A DNA stretch of 64,000 nt from Candidatus Falkowbacteria bacterium (GTDB lineage Bacteria; Patescibacteriota; Patescibacteriia; UBA11705; JABHMO01), in contig JABHAL010000004.1 of the NCBI GenBank assembly GCA_018674305.1, forward strand, positions 128,446 to 192,445. The letters are read 5' to 3'. Shown here piece by piece: positions 26,417 to 36,077 of the stretch. Position 1 is the first letter of the stretch. Every line of letters starts with the position of its first letter. The notes beneath the pieces are model-generated. The model did no database searches, was not told the DNA's origin, and was given only the letters and a program-made list of their open reading frames with translations. Made by a program: the position numbers and the translations under genes.

Positions 26417-27145
26417 ATGGCGTATAAAGGCAAAAAATCAGTTCTAGCAGTAGATCTCCTTCCGGTAATTGGTTGGAAAAGGGTGGCCCTAATCAAGCGA
26501 GCCAAGTGGCCGTGCTTGGAAAAATTATGTATCGTTGGTGGTCATTTTGACGCAGATAATGAGCACAATGAAAACTTGCCTGAGCATGAGCGTAACTTGC
26601 CAGACATCAGTGTTCCACACGCTGCGCTACGCGAAGCCAACGAAGAAATTCATCTGGAAACAGTAACGCTTGAAGACCTGGTTGAGTGGTGTTGGCTTGA
26701 CGAGATTGGCCGTGATCCACGAGAAGAACAACCTGACGAAGATCGCCGAGTTTCCAAATGTTTCTTGGTTCACCTCGAATCAGAAGAAGCTCTTAAAGAT
26801 TGTTTTGCGGACTCAGACGCACTGGAACTGGTTATCTGCGACATTGATTCTTTGACCGAAGATGACATGGGATTTGACCACTGGATTGCAATCAAGAAAC
26901 TCCAGGCTGAAAAACAGCGACTTTGGGAGTTCTGGACCCAATTAAGTAGTCACTGTTTTACTCACAGGTGTGATGCTCTTATTACAGAAGAAAAGCTTCT
27001 GCAAGACGAATGCACTGCCGATACTCTAGATATTGCTTGGCACACCTCAGAGGGCAGAGCACAGCTCATAACTATGGGGATTGAAATGTTTATTGTAGCT
27101 TGTCCCTTCTGCGGACACAAAATTACTCCTCCAATTTTCTATTAA
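26417..27145 (+). CDS. Divergent Nudix-like hydrolase with C-terminal CxxC zinc ribbon; GC-rich relative to host
   Basis: Start reassigned to MAYKGKK (26417) behind a good RBS. Nudix-box-like ...HAALREANEEIHLE (RE-xx-EE); C-terminal CPFCGHK. GC visibly higher than the flanks. Confidence 0.4.
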   Translation: MAYKGKKSVLAVDLLPVIGWKRVALIKRAKWPCLEKLCIVGGHFDADNEHNENLPEHERNLPDISVPHAALREANEEIHLETVTLEDLVEWCWLDEIGRDPREEQPDEDRRVSKCFLVHLESEEALKDCFADSDALELVICDIDSLTEDDMGFDHWIAIKKLQAEKQRLWEFWTQLSSHCFTHRCDALITEEKLLQDECTADTLDIAWHTSEGRAQLITMGIEMFIVACPFCGHKITPPIFY

Positions 27146-27157
27146 GGTTAATCAACA

Positions 27158-27195
27158 CACCTCCACTTTTCAAAGAAAAGTGGAGGTTTTTTATT
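27158..27195 (+). terminator. Strong intrinsic terminator
   Basis: CCTCCACTTTTC-aaag-GAAAAGTGGAGG followed by TTTTTTATTT. Confidence 0.75.
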
Positions 27196-27290
27196 TAAAA
27201 ATATAAAACCGCCTCAACTATGTGATGCGGGTTACCATGATTCATAACAATTTATTTTCTATTCCTATCAATCTCCCCTTAGTCCAAAAG

Positions 27291-27377
27291 CGGAGGGCGT
27301 GAGATTTGAACTCACGGAACCTTTTCAGGCTCAACGCTTTTCGAGAGCGTCCCATTCAACCACTCTGGCAGCCCTCC
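27291..27377 (-). tRNA. tRNA-Ser (anticodon CGA), type II with long variable arm
   Basis: Minus-strand sequence GGAGGGCTGCCAGAGTGGTTGAATGGGACGCTCTCGAAAAGCGTTGAGCCTGAAAAGGTTCCGTGAGTTCAAATCTCACGCCCTCCG; anticodon loop CTCGAAA; CCA not encoded. Confidence 0.8.
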
Positions 27378-27456
27378 TTGATTGAAACGTCCACTGGAAT
27401 TAGCATGCCCCGTAATTACTGCGGGACAGCCCTCCACTTTTGGGCCAAGTAATAAT

Positions 27457-28860
27457 CTAAATTTTACAAAATTCAATTTTTGTTTTGCTACGAGAAACCA
27501 GCCAACCAACTGCAAACAAGAGCCACCAAAAAACACTTAAATCATTTTTAAAATACGGCACGTCAACCAAACCATGAACTAGAATTGCAACCATGACTGC
27601 AATTAGAACTAAGTATATTTTCTGATTTTCTCTATTTTTAACCTTCCAATAATTCATCAAAAATTTCATTCCCAAAACCAACACCACCAACATGCCAAAC
27701 AAACCTATCTCACTCCAGAAGTTTAAAATAATATTATGTGGATACATATAGATCTCAGTTGGCTGCCAAGCTTGCTTTTTGAATTCTTCATTATACAAAA
27801 CCTTTCTTAGCCACTCAGGATCTTGTTTATCTTCAATCCAAATCCCCTCTGCGTGATAAGGTTCGATAGTAGTTTGATAGCCAGCTAATCCTGCACCAAA
27901 AACTTCTCTCCCGTCCGTTAACATAGTCCACGTTTCTTTCCATTGCTGAACGCGAATTTGACCTGAATGATCAGACAGAGAAATTTTATCAACAGCGTAA
28001 GTTCGTGCTTGAGGAATAAAAGAGACGAGCAAGACGAGCGAAACAAGCGAAACGAGCGAAATAAGTCGCAATCTTTTATTTGGGTAAAATAATCCTAGAA
28101 AAATAACTGCTGCCAAGATTCCGAACAACGCTCCTTCGGAGCGAGCGAAGATAATCGCGGATAATGGCACTAAAACACAAAAGCACGAAAGCACAAAAAC
28201 CCAACTGTACAGACGCGATTTATCGCGTCTCCCTTTTCCAAAAAAAACAATAATCAAACCTAAAAACAAAATAACAATCGGAGCTAAATACAAACCAACC
28301 GCATTTGGAAATCCATACCACGAAACAACTCGACGCGTAGCTTCAGCTGCCCAGAATGAGTTTTCAATTCCAATTGGCCAGAACTTCTGAATAATTGCCG
28401 GGATAGCAACCACCAAAGCGGAAGCACCAAGAGCCCCAGTAATTAATGAAACCAACTTTACCCCTGACTTTAGTCGGGGAATATTTATTAATACTACAAA
28501 AAATAAAATTGGTTCGATAAAATAAGCTTTCCAAATTCCAAGCGCTACCGTTCTATCTGGTGAAACAAAAACACTAACTGTCGCAAAAAACAAAAATATC
28601 AAAATCCACCACTTGTAATTACTTAAAGTTACGGATTTGTAATATTTGTAAAAATTTGCAGCATTTGTAACTTTCTTAATCAACCAAACAACAAACAGTA
28701 ACAAAATCATCACTTCCAGCAAAGTCATTGGTAAACCAAAAACCGAAAATCGAATCAAATATGTTGGTAAACAAAATATAACGAAGGCCACTGCCCAGTC
28801 AATTCGTTTCCATGCCAATATGGCAAATAACACACAATAAATTGTCAGCAAATAAATCAT
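27457..28860 (-). CDS. O-antigen ligase / Wzy-like polytopic membrane protein
   Basis: 467 aa, ~12 TM helices with a large external loop; sits beside GT4 and flippase genes; contains an internal GC-rich short tandem repeat (28015-28065). Confidence 0.55.
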   Translation of the reverse strand: MIYLLTIYCVLFAILAWKRIDWAVAFVIFCLPTYLIRFSVFGLPMTLLEVMILLLFVVWLIKKVTNAANFYKYYKSVTLSNYKWWILIFLFFATVSVFVSPDRTVALGIWKAYFIEPILFFVVLINIPRLKSGVKLVSLITGALGASALVVAIPAIIQKFWPIGIENSFWAAEATRRVVSWYGFPNAVGLYLAPIVILFLGLIIVFFGKGRRDKSRLYSWVFVLSCFCVLVPLSAIIFARSEGALFGILAAVIFLGLFYPNKRLRLISLVSLVSLVLLVSFIPQARTYAVDKISLSDHSGQIRVQQWKETWTMLTDGREVFGAGLAGYQTTIEPYHAEGIWIEDKQDPEWLRKVLYNEEFKKQAWQPTEIYMYPHNIILNFWSEIGLFGMLVVLVLGMKFLMNYWKVKNRENQKIYLVLIAVMVAILVHGLVDVPYFKNDLSVFWWLLFAVGWLVSRSKTKIEFCKI

Positions 28861-28870
28861 ATATTTATAA

Positions 28871-30022
28871 TTAACTCAACAAAACCTTTTTGTATTCATC
28901 TAACATTTCACTGAGTAAAAACTTACTTTTTACCTTGCGTAGCCCTGCCTCTACAAATTGCTGAGCGATATCCTTTTCTTTATACAACAACAAAATTGCT
29001 TTGGCTAATGCCTGAGGACTACCGACTTCAACCAAGATGCCGTTTTTACCATGTTCTACAACTTCCGGAATACCACCGGTCAAAGTTGAAATCACAGGTT
29101 TTGAACAGGCCATTGCTTGGATTAAAGTAATTCCCAATGACTCCTTGAGCGACGGTAAAACAAAAACATCAAAATCATAAATCCAATCCAAAAAATTATC
29201 TTTGTACCCAACTAATTTAACTTTATTTCCCATCCTGAACGTTTCAGTTAGCCATTGTAAATTTTTTCTTTGTGGTCCTTCCCCAACAATTATTAAATCT
29301 ATGTTTGGAATTTTATCTTTTAAAATATCAACAGCTTTAATCAAATATTCCAACCCCTTTATTTCATCTAGTCTTGCCACGCAACCAACTGTAAAATTTC
29401 TTTTTTCATAGTTTACAGATCTTTTCTCGGCCATCATTTCAAACAAATCCTCTTGCTTTTTGAATATTGTTGGCTCTACTCCATGACGAATAACAATTAC
29501 ATCTTTTACTCCCAAATTTTCTAATTCTTGTTTAACGAAATGGGAAATTGCCACAACATCAACTTTTGAGCTCCACCACTTATATAAAAAGCGATATATG
29601 TTATTGCTTAATGTCGGATCTATTGACAAAGCTTCTGGCCATATAACTTTATAACCCAAAAGTAATGCCACTGGTGTCATAATTAATTTATCAGTTAATC
29701 CCAGGCAATATAGTTTTTCAATTTTAAATTTATATCGACAATACACCAATCCGATCAACGAACTCAAAACTAATAATGGCCAACTAAATAAAAAAGTAAC
29801 TTTTGAACCACGAGTTTCTGGTGCTAAACCTAGCCACCATCGTTGATTTGGCCAACCTTGTTTTTTGAACTCACTAAGCATCACAGGACAAGAGGCCAAC
29901 AAAAAAAAGCGCACCCCTTTGCCCTCTAAATTTTTCACTAAACTAAATGTATGCTTTTCCACTCCGCTCAAACTGGCCTTAAATGGAAACTTAGTTATCA
30001 GAATTCTAGTTTCTGGTATCAT
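28871..30022 (-). CDS. Glycosyltransferase family 4 (GT-B, group 1)
   Basis: C-terminal LPSLKESLGITLIQAMACSKPVISTLTGGIPEVVEHGKNG (EX7E-like GT4 motif region). Confidence 0.8.
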   Translation of the reverse strand: MIPETRILITKFPFKASLSGVEKHTFSLVKNLEGKGVRFFLLASCPVMLSEFKKQGWPNQRWWLGLAPETRGSKVTFLFSWPLLVLSSLIGLVYCRYKFKIEKLYCLGLTDKLIMTPVALLLGYKVIWPEALSIDPTLSNNIYRFLYKWWSSKVDVVAISHFVKQELENLGVKDVIVIRHGVEPTIFKKQEDLFEMMAEKRSVNYEKRNFTVGCVARLDEIKGLEYLIKAVDILKDKIPNIDLIIVGEGPQRKNLQWLTETFRMGNKVKLVGYKDNFLDWIYDFDVFVLPSLKESLGITLIQAMACSKPVISTLTGGIPEVVEHGKNGILVEVGSPQALAKAILLLYKEKDIAQQFVEAGLRKVKSKFLLSEMLDEYKKVLLS

Positions 30023-30023
30023 A

Positions 30024-31442
30024 TTATTTCAGTTTTACAAATTCCTGAATCGTTTCTTTTCTGATCCCGCCAAACAAATACAAAAACCCGAAGTAAACCA
30101 CTCCGGCAATCATTAACAAAATAAGAACATGCCAACTTCTCACAGAATACAAAACTCCAGACATAATTATAGCTGCTGGGATTGTCTTTAGAAATGTTTT
30201 TAGACTTGGGAAAAATTTTATTGCTCTATAGATAAGAACTGCGGTCCATATCATTATCAATGCTTCACTAAAAACGGTCATCCAGGCTGCACCCCAATAT
30301 CCATACTTTGGAATGAAAATAAAATAACCAACCAACGTCAATACTGCCACAGTTAAATATCCCCACATCATTGTTTTTTGTCGATTTACTGCTACTACCG
30401 CATAAGCAAATAAACTTGTCGCAAAAATTGCACATGACGCAAGGATCAAAACTTTCAAAATTTCACCTGATGGTATAAACTCCGCTCCGGCAATGAAAAT
30501 CATTATTTTTTCAGCAATCACAAAAGTTCCTATCGTTATTGGTACCGCAAAAATCATTAATGCGTCAAATGATTTCTGCAAAATCGCACGTAATTCTTTT
30601 TTATTCTTTTCTAAATAATATTTTGTGGCAATTGGTAAAACAATCCCCATAAATACAGCGGGGAGCATTGTCAAAATATCCACCACGCGATAGGTTGCGC
30701 CATACAAACCTACTTCCCCCTGACTTCTGAATAAAGATAATATAATAATATCCATTTTTAAATAAATCAGATTAAAAGAAATTGATAATGCAATCGGCCA
30801 AGTTTTACTGATCAATTCTTTCCAGATGGTAAAATCAAATTCCAGTCTCCATTTAATATATTTTTTCGAATACAAAAATACAATTACCAAATTAACAATA
30901 CTTCCAATTGACATTGCCCCAAATATCCAATAAATGTTCTTTCCTAACCAGGCAGCAAGAACAACTAAAGCAACAAAAACAACTCGACCAATAACTTCCG
31001 CTAATGTTAATTTGAACATTTTTAGTTTTTGCTGAAAGACTCCCGTTAAGGTTTGGATTATTGTAATACAAAAAAACGAAGCCACCGTTATAATTACGCC
31101 AAGCTTTATAAAAATATTATACGGGAAAAACCAAATTAAAATGGGCGCTAAAAGTAAAAAACAAAAAGCAGTAATAACTCTGAATGAAATAATGGAATTC
31201 ATAGTCCGGCTAATATTTACTCCGGGCTTAGAAATCATTTGTACTGTTGTTAATGTTAATCCGAAATCAACTAAAATTCCAAAAAACTGTAAAAATGCAG
31301 TTACCGTAATATAATAACCAAAACCTTCTTGCCCTAGATATCTCGCCATTACAGCTATAGCAACCAATCCTAAAATTAGGCTGATTAATTTACCAGCCAA
31401 GTGAATAACTGTATTTTTTGCAATTTGTTTATCAAGACTCAT
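30024..31442 (-). CDS. Polysaccharide biosynthesis / oligosaccharide flippase (Wzx/MOP superfamily)
   Basis: 472 aa, ~12-14 TM helices; N-terminal KNTVIHLAGKLISLILGL motif region typical of MOP flippases. Confidence 0.7.
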   Translation of the reverse strand: MSLDKQIAKNTVIHLAGKLISLILGLVAIAVMARYLGQEGFGYYITVTAFLQFFGILVDFGLTLTTVQMISKPGVNISRTMNSIISFRVITAFCFLLLAPILIWFFPYNIFIKLGVIITVASFFCITIIQTLTGVFQQKLKMFKLTLAEVIGRVVFVALVVLAAWLGKNIYWIFGAMSIGSIVNLVIVFLYSKKYIKWRLEFDFTIWKELISKTWPIALSISFNLIYLKMDIIILSLFRSQGEVGLYGATYRVVDILTMLPAVFMGIVLPIATKYYLEKNKKELRAILQKSFDALMIFAVPITIGTFVIAEKIMIFIAGAEFIPSGEILKVLILASCAIFATSLFAYAVVAVNRQKTMMWGYLTVAVLTLVGYFIFIPKYGYWGAAWMTVFSEALIMIWTAVLIYRAIKFFPSLKTFLKTIPAAIIMSGVLYSVRSWHVLILLMIAGVVYFGFLYLFGGIRKETIQEFVKLK

Positions 31443-31701
31443 AAAGAATAAGGAACAATAAAATTATAAATACCTACTATCTAAAATCTACCGCTTATAA
31501 CCTAATTCTACCATTAATCTATTTAATTTGAAATGCTCCAAGATTCCCGATGTCTTAATTTTGTCTAAAATTAAACAAAAAGTACTCTTTAACATTGACA
31601 AATAAAATATAATGTGTAAGATGTAGTGTCCTTTACATAAGGATTTTATTTATAGAAGGATCGTTAACAATGATGATTTCAAACTAAAAAGGAGGAACCC
31701 A

Positions 31702-32601
31702 ATGGCTAGAAAGAAGAGAGGTCGAGGTTTGTTTCGTAAAATTTGGGACAACATTATCAACGGCATCTTTGGCGAGGAAAACGTCAATGAGGCCACACTG
31801 GAAGAAGATTCCAGGGAAATGCTCGTTCAACTGGAAGCTAACCGAAGCTCAGTTTCCCAGACAATGGCTCTGTCTCTAGAGACTAGGGCTCGACTGGAAA
31901 CTGACGTTGCTCAGCTGGACGAACTCAAGAAGGCCATTAAGGTCTTTTTAGGTGCTGGCAAAACTACAGAGGCACAGCGACTTGCCCAGCAAGTTCTTAG
32001 CTTGCAAGGTAAGCTCGCGACGACTGCGACGCTGTATGAGAGCCAAAAGTCGGCAGCTGACAATGCTATTGTCACCTTCCGGACCAATGAGCAACAGGTA
32101 AAAACACGCTTGGAGAAACTGGAAAACCTCAAAGCTCTCCAGCAGATCAACAAGATCCGAGAACAAGTTCAAGCGGAACTGGTTGGCTTTAACATTGATG
32201 GCGCAGCACAGAGGTTTGACCAAATCGCTGGCAAAATCGAGCGTAAAGCTCTTCAGCTGACAGCTGGAGATGCTCTTGCTGATGTATCTGGCCAGCGGGC
32301 TGATCTTTCAATCAACAAACAGCTGGAAACTCAGAAAGTAGCTGGACTATTAGAAGGATTCAAGGCTGAGATGGCTTTGAGTGCTGCTACCGGTGAAACG
32401 CAAGTGATCGAAGGGCCTGCGAGCAAAGCGACTATGCTTCTGTCCTCGCCAGCTTTCGACTCCCTGGCTTTGGGTGATTTGACCCCGGCAAATGAACCAG
32501 AAACAATAGTTGCTCAAGCAGTTGAAGTTGAGGTGGTAGACACCAAGGCTGCTGATATTGATTCAACTATTGAAAATGCGGGTGAAAATACCCAAGAGTA
32601 A
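31702..32601 (+). CDS. pspA: PspA/IM30 (Vipp1) family membrane-stress protein
   Basis: Strong RBS AAAGGAGGAAcccaATG; coiled-coil protein collinear with PspA (ILG.F..L...IN.....ED.....L....E....V.....A.); GC ~48-50%. Confidence 0.7.
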   Translation: MARKKRGRGLFRKIWDNIINGIFGEENVNEATLEEDSREMLVQLEANRSSVSQTMALSLETRARLETDVAQLDELKKAIKVFLGAGKTTEAQRLAQQVLSLQGKLATTATLYESQKSAADNAIVTFRTNEQQVKTRLEKLENLKALQQINKIREQVQAELVGFNIDGAAQRFDQIAGKIERKALQLTAGDALADVSGQRADLSINKQLETQKVAGLLEGFKAEMALSAATGETQVIEGPASKATMLLSSPAFDSLALGDLTPANEPETIVAQAVEVEVVDTKAADIDSTIENAGENTQE

Positions 32602-32621
32602 AACCAAAGGGAGGCGTTGAT

Positions 32622-33377
32622 ATGAATTTTTCTAGGCTTCTACCATTTTTACCGGTAGCTGCCCTTACTCTCCCTGACTTCATTGCCTGGTACGGTGCAG
32701 GATATTTAGCCACGTTCATTCTTGGCTTGATGTTCCTAGTCCTGGCGGTAATGGGTGTCGGAGAGCATGACGCAGCAGCTGAACATGACCTTGATCACGA
32801 TATTGATCATGACATTGACGTGGAACACGACGTTGAAACTGATCATGACGTTGGTCACGAAAGTGAACATGACCACGAAGTCGAACAGGCTCACGGACTA
32901 ATGCACTCAATTCTCAATCTTTTGGGAATTGGTCGTTGTCCACTGTCCATCATTATGATGACGTTCCTTTTCCTTTTTACAGGGATTGGAATTGGTAGTC
33001 TATTGATTCTCAAGCCGATCACTTTCACGTCTGTCATTTTTGGAACAGTTTCCTATTCAGTAGCCTTCCTAGGTGCATTATTCTTGACTGGTTCAATTGC
33101 TCGATTAATCGGACGATATTTGCCAACCAAGGAAACCTATGTAAAAGGCACTGCCTCATTACACGGAAAAATCGGTAAAGCAAACTATGATTTTAGCGAC
33201 AACACTGGATTTTTCCAAGTCGTTGACGACAATCATACCATGCTGGAAAAAAAGGGTATTAACATTGACCCTGATAATCCAATCAAAGCTCGAGATTCTG
33301 TTCTGATTGTTACCTACAATAAAGAAAAGGGCTGTTTCTTGGTAAAGAAAGCACCCCCAGAACTAGTAAAATCATAA
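32622..33377 (+). CDS. NfeD-like membrane protein (flotillin partner) with His/Asp-rich insert
   Basis: TM helices; low-complexity EHDLDHDIDHDIDVEHDVETDHDVGHESEHDHE; C-terminal beta-rich OB-like GKIGKANYDF...IKARDSVLIVTYNKEKGCFLVKK; immediately upstream of the flotillin gene, as in yuaF-floT. Confidence 0.5.
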   Translation: MNFSRLLPFLPVAALTLPDFIAWYGAGYLATFILGLMFLVLAVMGVGEHDAAAEHDLDHDIDHDIDVEHDVETDHDVGHESEHDHEVEQAHGLMHSILNLLGIGRCPLSIIMMTFLFLFTGIGIGSLLILKPITFTSVIFGTVSYSVAFLGALFLTGSIARLIGRYLPTKETYVKGTASLHGKIGKANYDFSDNTGFFQVVDDNHTMLEKKGINIDPDNPIKARDSVLIVTYNKEKGCFLVKKAPPELVKS

Positions 33378-33445
33378 ATTACTGCTATTAATTTATAGTG
33401 GTCGTTTCTTTGTAGAGCCCATTCACTCAAATAGGGAGGAAAAAC

Positions 33446-35485
33446 ATGGGTTACATTCTTTGGTTGGTGGTATCACTGATTCTGGCAATTGGGCCGTTTT
33501 TGGCCCCAGCACTGATTCCCAAATTCGAGATGGGAGGCCTGGCGCAATTCATTATGATGGCCTTTGGGATTGTTTCCCTTCTCATTCTGGCGATTGTGGT
33601 AGTTATTACAAAACTCTACCGCAAAACGTCAGCCGACATGGCCTTTGTGCGAACAGGCATGGGCGGGAAAAAGATTATCCTCGATGGAGGTATCTTGGTT
33701 ATTCCCGTCATCCACAAAGTCATCGAGGTCTCTTTGCAGACCATGCGGCTAGACGTTAAACGTGCAGGCAGAGAAGCTCTCATTACCGAGGACTATCTGC
33801 GTGGCAATCTTGAGGCAGAATTCTATATCAAGGTTCAGCCTGCAGACGAGGACATCGTCAGTGCCGCTCGTTCACTTGGTGATCGCTCGGTTGATCCGGG
33901 AACCATCAAGGACCTGGTATTTGAGAAGCTGGTATCTGCACTACGAACCGTGGCTGCGAAGTCTACGCTTTTCGCACTCAACTCTGAACGTGAAAAGTTT
34001 GCGGACGACGTGAAGAAAGCCGTAACCGAGGACTTGACGCACAACGGTCTGACGCTGGAAACAGTTACTGTTTCTCAGTTGGACCAGGCTGACATCAAGG
34101 ACTTTGATGAATCCAACGTGTTCGACGCCCAGGGTCGCAAGCGCGTAGCTGAGATTACTCAGGCTGCCCGTGTCGTTACCAATAAACTGGAGCGTGACGC
34201 TGAGCGCGACATCAAGGACAAGGACGTTGAGACTCGCAAAAAGGTCCTGACTCTCGAACTCGACCAGAAAAGGGCCGAGGCAGAGCAGGGACGTGACGTA
34301 GAAATGGCCAACTCCGAAGCCAAGCGTAAGGCCGATGAATTCGAGATCGAGCAGCAGGAAATTGTTGCCAAGCGTGAGATCGGCAAGGATCGAGCAGTTG
34401 AGCTCGAGAACGTGGACAAGGCTCGGAAGGTTGAGATCGCTGAACGCGACAAGGAAGCCGCGATTATCGATGCCGAGAAGAAGAAGGAACTGGCTGACAA
34501 GGCCCGTGAGCAGGCTGTCCGTGTAGCCGAGGTTGGACGTGACAAGGCACAGGCTCTGGCTGACCGTGACAAGGAAATTGAAATCGCGGCCAAGGAAGAA
34601 GAGCGCGCCAAGGCTGAGTCTGCCCGACTGGCCGCTGAGGCTCTCCGTGAAACCAATGAGCAGGCTGTGAAGACCGTCGAGGTCGTCGAGGCTGCTAAGC
34701 GTGACAAAGAGCAGCAGATCATTGCTGCCGAAGCCGACGCAGAGAAGAACTACGTAACCCTTCAGCGTAAGGCTGATGCTTCTGCCTATGAAGTCAAGAA
34801 GGATGCTGAAGCTCGTAAGGAAGCTGCAGAAGCTGACTTCTCCGCCAAGGTCAAGGCAGCTCAGGCCGTAGAGGAGACTCTGAAACGTGAGGCAGCTGGT
34901 AAGCAAGCTGCGGACATGGTGCCTGTACAGGTCGGATCCAAGCAGGTCGAAGTTGATCGCGCAAGTCAGATGATTGTGGTCGACGTGGCTGCCAAGCAGG
35001 TCGAAGTTGACCGCGCATCCGTGACAGTGAAGGACGCTGAAGTTGCTGTGGAGCGTAAGGCTTTGGAGCAGAAGGAAGAGTTCGGCCGTGCTGGTATCGA
35101 CTTGCAGATCACTCTGGCCAAGATCGAGGCCATGAAGGAAGTGGAAATCGCCAAGGCCACGGCGCTCGGTACGATGCTGAGCAATGCGGAAATGACGCTG
35201 TTTGGGGATCCCACCTCTGCTGCGGACATCGTTGGTAAGTACAACAACGCCATGGGAATTGGGAAGTCTCTCGAAGGCTTTATGGCCAGCATGCCCGAGG
35301 GTAGCGCTGCTCGTAAACTGGTCGATGGTGTCGTTGAAAAGGTTGGTGGACTGGCCGAAGCAGTATCTGATCGGCTGACTCAGGATGCACCGGCTGATGA
35401 TGCTCCTGCAACGACCGCTGCTCCGACTCCGCCCCCGACACCTGCCAAGAAGGCTCCGGTACCGCCAGTTGATCCTGCAAAGTAG
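33446..35485 (+). CDS. floT: Flotillin-like SPFH/band-7 protein (FloT-like)
   Basis: N-terminal TM, SPFH domain (FVRTGMGGKKII...), then ~350 aa of EA-rich coiled coil and a C-terminal flotillin-type tail; GC ~55-58% versus ~33% flanks. Confidence 0.8.
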   Translation: MGYILWLVVSLILAIGPFLAPALIPKFEMGGLAQFIMMAFGIVSLLILAIVVVITKLYRKTSADMAFVRTGMGGKKIILDGGILVIPVIHKVIEVSLQTMRLDVKRAGREALITEDYLRGNLEAEFYIKVQPADEDIVSAARSLGDRSVDPGTIKDLVFEKLVSALRTVAAKSTLFALNSEREKFADDVKKAVTEDLTHNGLTLETVTVSQLDQADIKDFDESNVFDAQGRKRVAEITQAARVVTNKLERDAERDIKDKDVETRKKVLTLELDQKRAEAEQGRDVEMANSEAKRKADEFEIEQQEIVAKREIGKDRAVELENVDKARKVEIAERDKEAAIIDAEKKKELADKAREQAVRVAEVGRDKAQALADRDKEIEIAAKEEERAKAESARLAAEALRETNEQAVKTVEVVEAAKRDKEQQIIAAEADAEKNYVTLQRKADASAYEVKKDAEARKEAAEADFSAKVKAAQAVEETLKREAAGKQAADMVPVQVGSKQVEVDRASQMIVVDVAAKQVEVDRASVTVKDAEVAVERKALEQKEEFGRAGIDLQITLAKIEAMKEVEIAKATALGTMLSNAEMTLFGDPTSAADIVGKYNNAMGIGKSLEGFMASMPEGSAARKLVDGVVEKVGGLAEAVSDRLTQDAPADDAPATTAAPTPPPTPAKKAPVPPVDPAK

Positions 35486-35519
35486 TAGTAAGTACTACTA
35501 ATTACTAAGTAAAACCACA

Positions 35520-35556
35520 AGCTCCTGTTTGTAACTACAAACAGGAGCTTTTTTAT
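35520..35556 (+). terminator. Intrinsic terminator after the flotillin gene
   Basis: AGCTCCTGTTTG-taacta-CAAACAGGAGCT followed by TTTTTT. Confidence 0.8.
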
Positions 35557-35604
35557 TATAAAAATCCACTTCAACCCTTATGTATTTTACGACAAATAGC
35601 AACC

Positions 35605-35633
35605 TTGACAAAGCTTAATCTCTATGTTAATAT
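35605..35633 (+). promoter_or_regulatory. Sigma70-like promoter: TTGACA, 17 nt, TAATAT
   Basis: TTGACA at 35605-35610; TAATAT at 35628-35633; RBS AGGAGA and start ATG at 35670. Confidence 0.55.
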
Positions 35634-35669
35634 AACAAGTTCCTTAAAATCAATTAGAAGGAGATAACC

Positions 35670-36068
35670 ATGGCTGAAATAATTACTATTAGTGCTGTTT
35701 TAATTCTTGGAACTCTGCTTTATTGGCTTTCAACCAGAAAGTCCAGTTCACAAGCAAAAATCGGCCTAGAAATGATTGGTAATGAGGCGCTTAAAACCAA
35801 AGACCAGGTTCACGTTGATCTTAAAATTAGTTTGAGTATGTCTTTTTCTGCTACTACTATTAAATATGGATTAGTACGTCTATTGCAAGAAGTTCAAAAT
35901 AATACTAAAACAAGGATTATTAAACTACTTCAGCAATTATCTTTTGTTGAAGTAGATAATAATTTCGTTTTCACTGATAAAGTACGAACTGGCCTAAAAC
36001 CATTGTTTGACAGTTATGGACTTGAGATTACTAAGATCAAGGTTCATTTTGTCCGACAATCTAAGTAG
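35670..36068 (+). CDS. Hypothetical membrane-anchored protein
   Basis: 132 aa; N-terminal TM (ITISAVLILGTLLYWL) plus a soluble domain; no family recognised. Confidence 0.4.
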   Translation: MAEIITISAVLILGTLLYWLSTRKSSSQAKIGLEMIGNEALKTKDQVHVDLKISLSMSFSATTIKYGLVRLLQEVQNNTKTRIIKLLQQLSFVEVDNNFVFTDKVRTGLKPLFDSYGLEITKIKVHFVRQSK

Positions 36069-36077
36069 GGAGTCTCC

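Noticed and set aside
27312-27536. ORF track entry 27312..27536 (-) and 40373..40564 (-), 41956..42183 (-)
   Set aside because: Each overlaps a confidently folded tRNA gene (Ser, Leu, Leu) on the same strand; spurious.
33460-35574. Multiple long ORFs in alternative frames and on the minus strand across the flotillin gene (33460-33759, 33762-34013, 33941-34906, 34159-34722, 34966-35292, 35280-35574)
   Set aside because: Artefact of the locally high GC content (few stop codons). Translated products are Ser/Arg/Ala-rich low complexity, whereas the plus-frame flotillin has clear SPFH and coiled-coil features.
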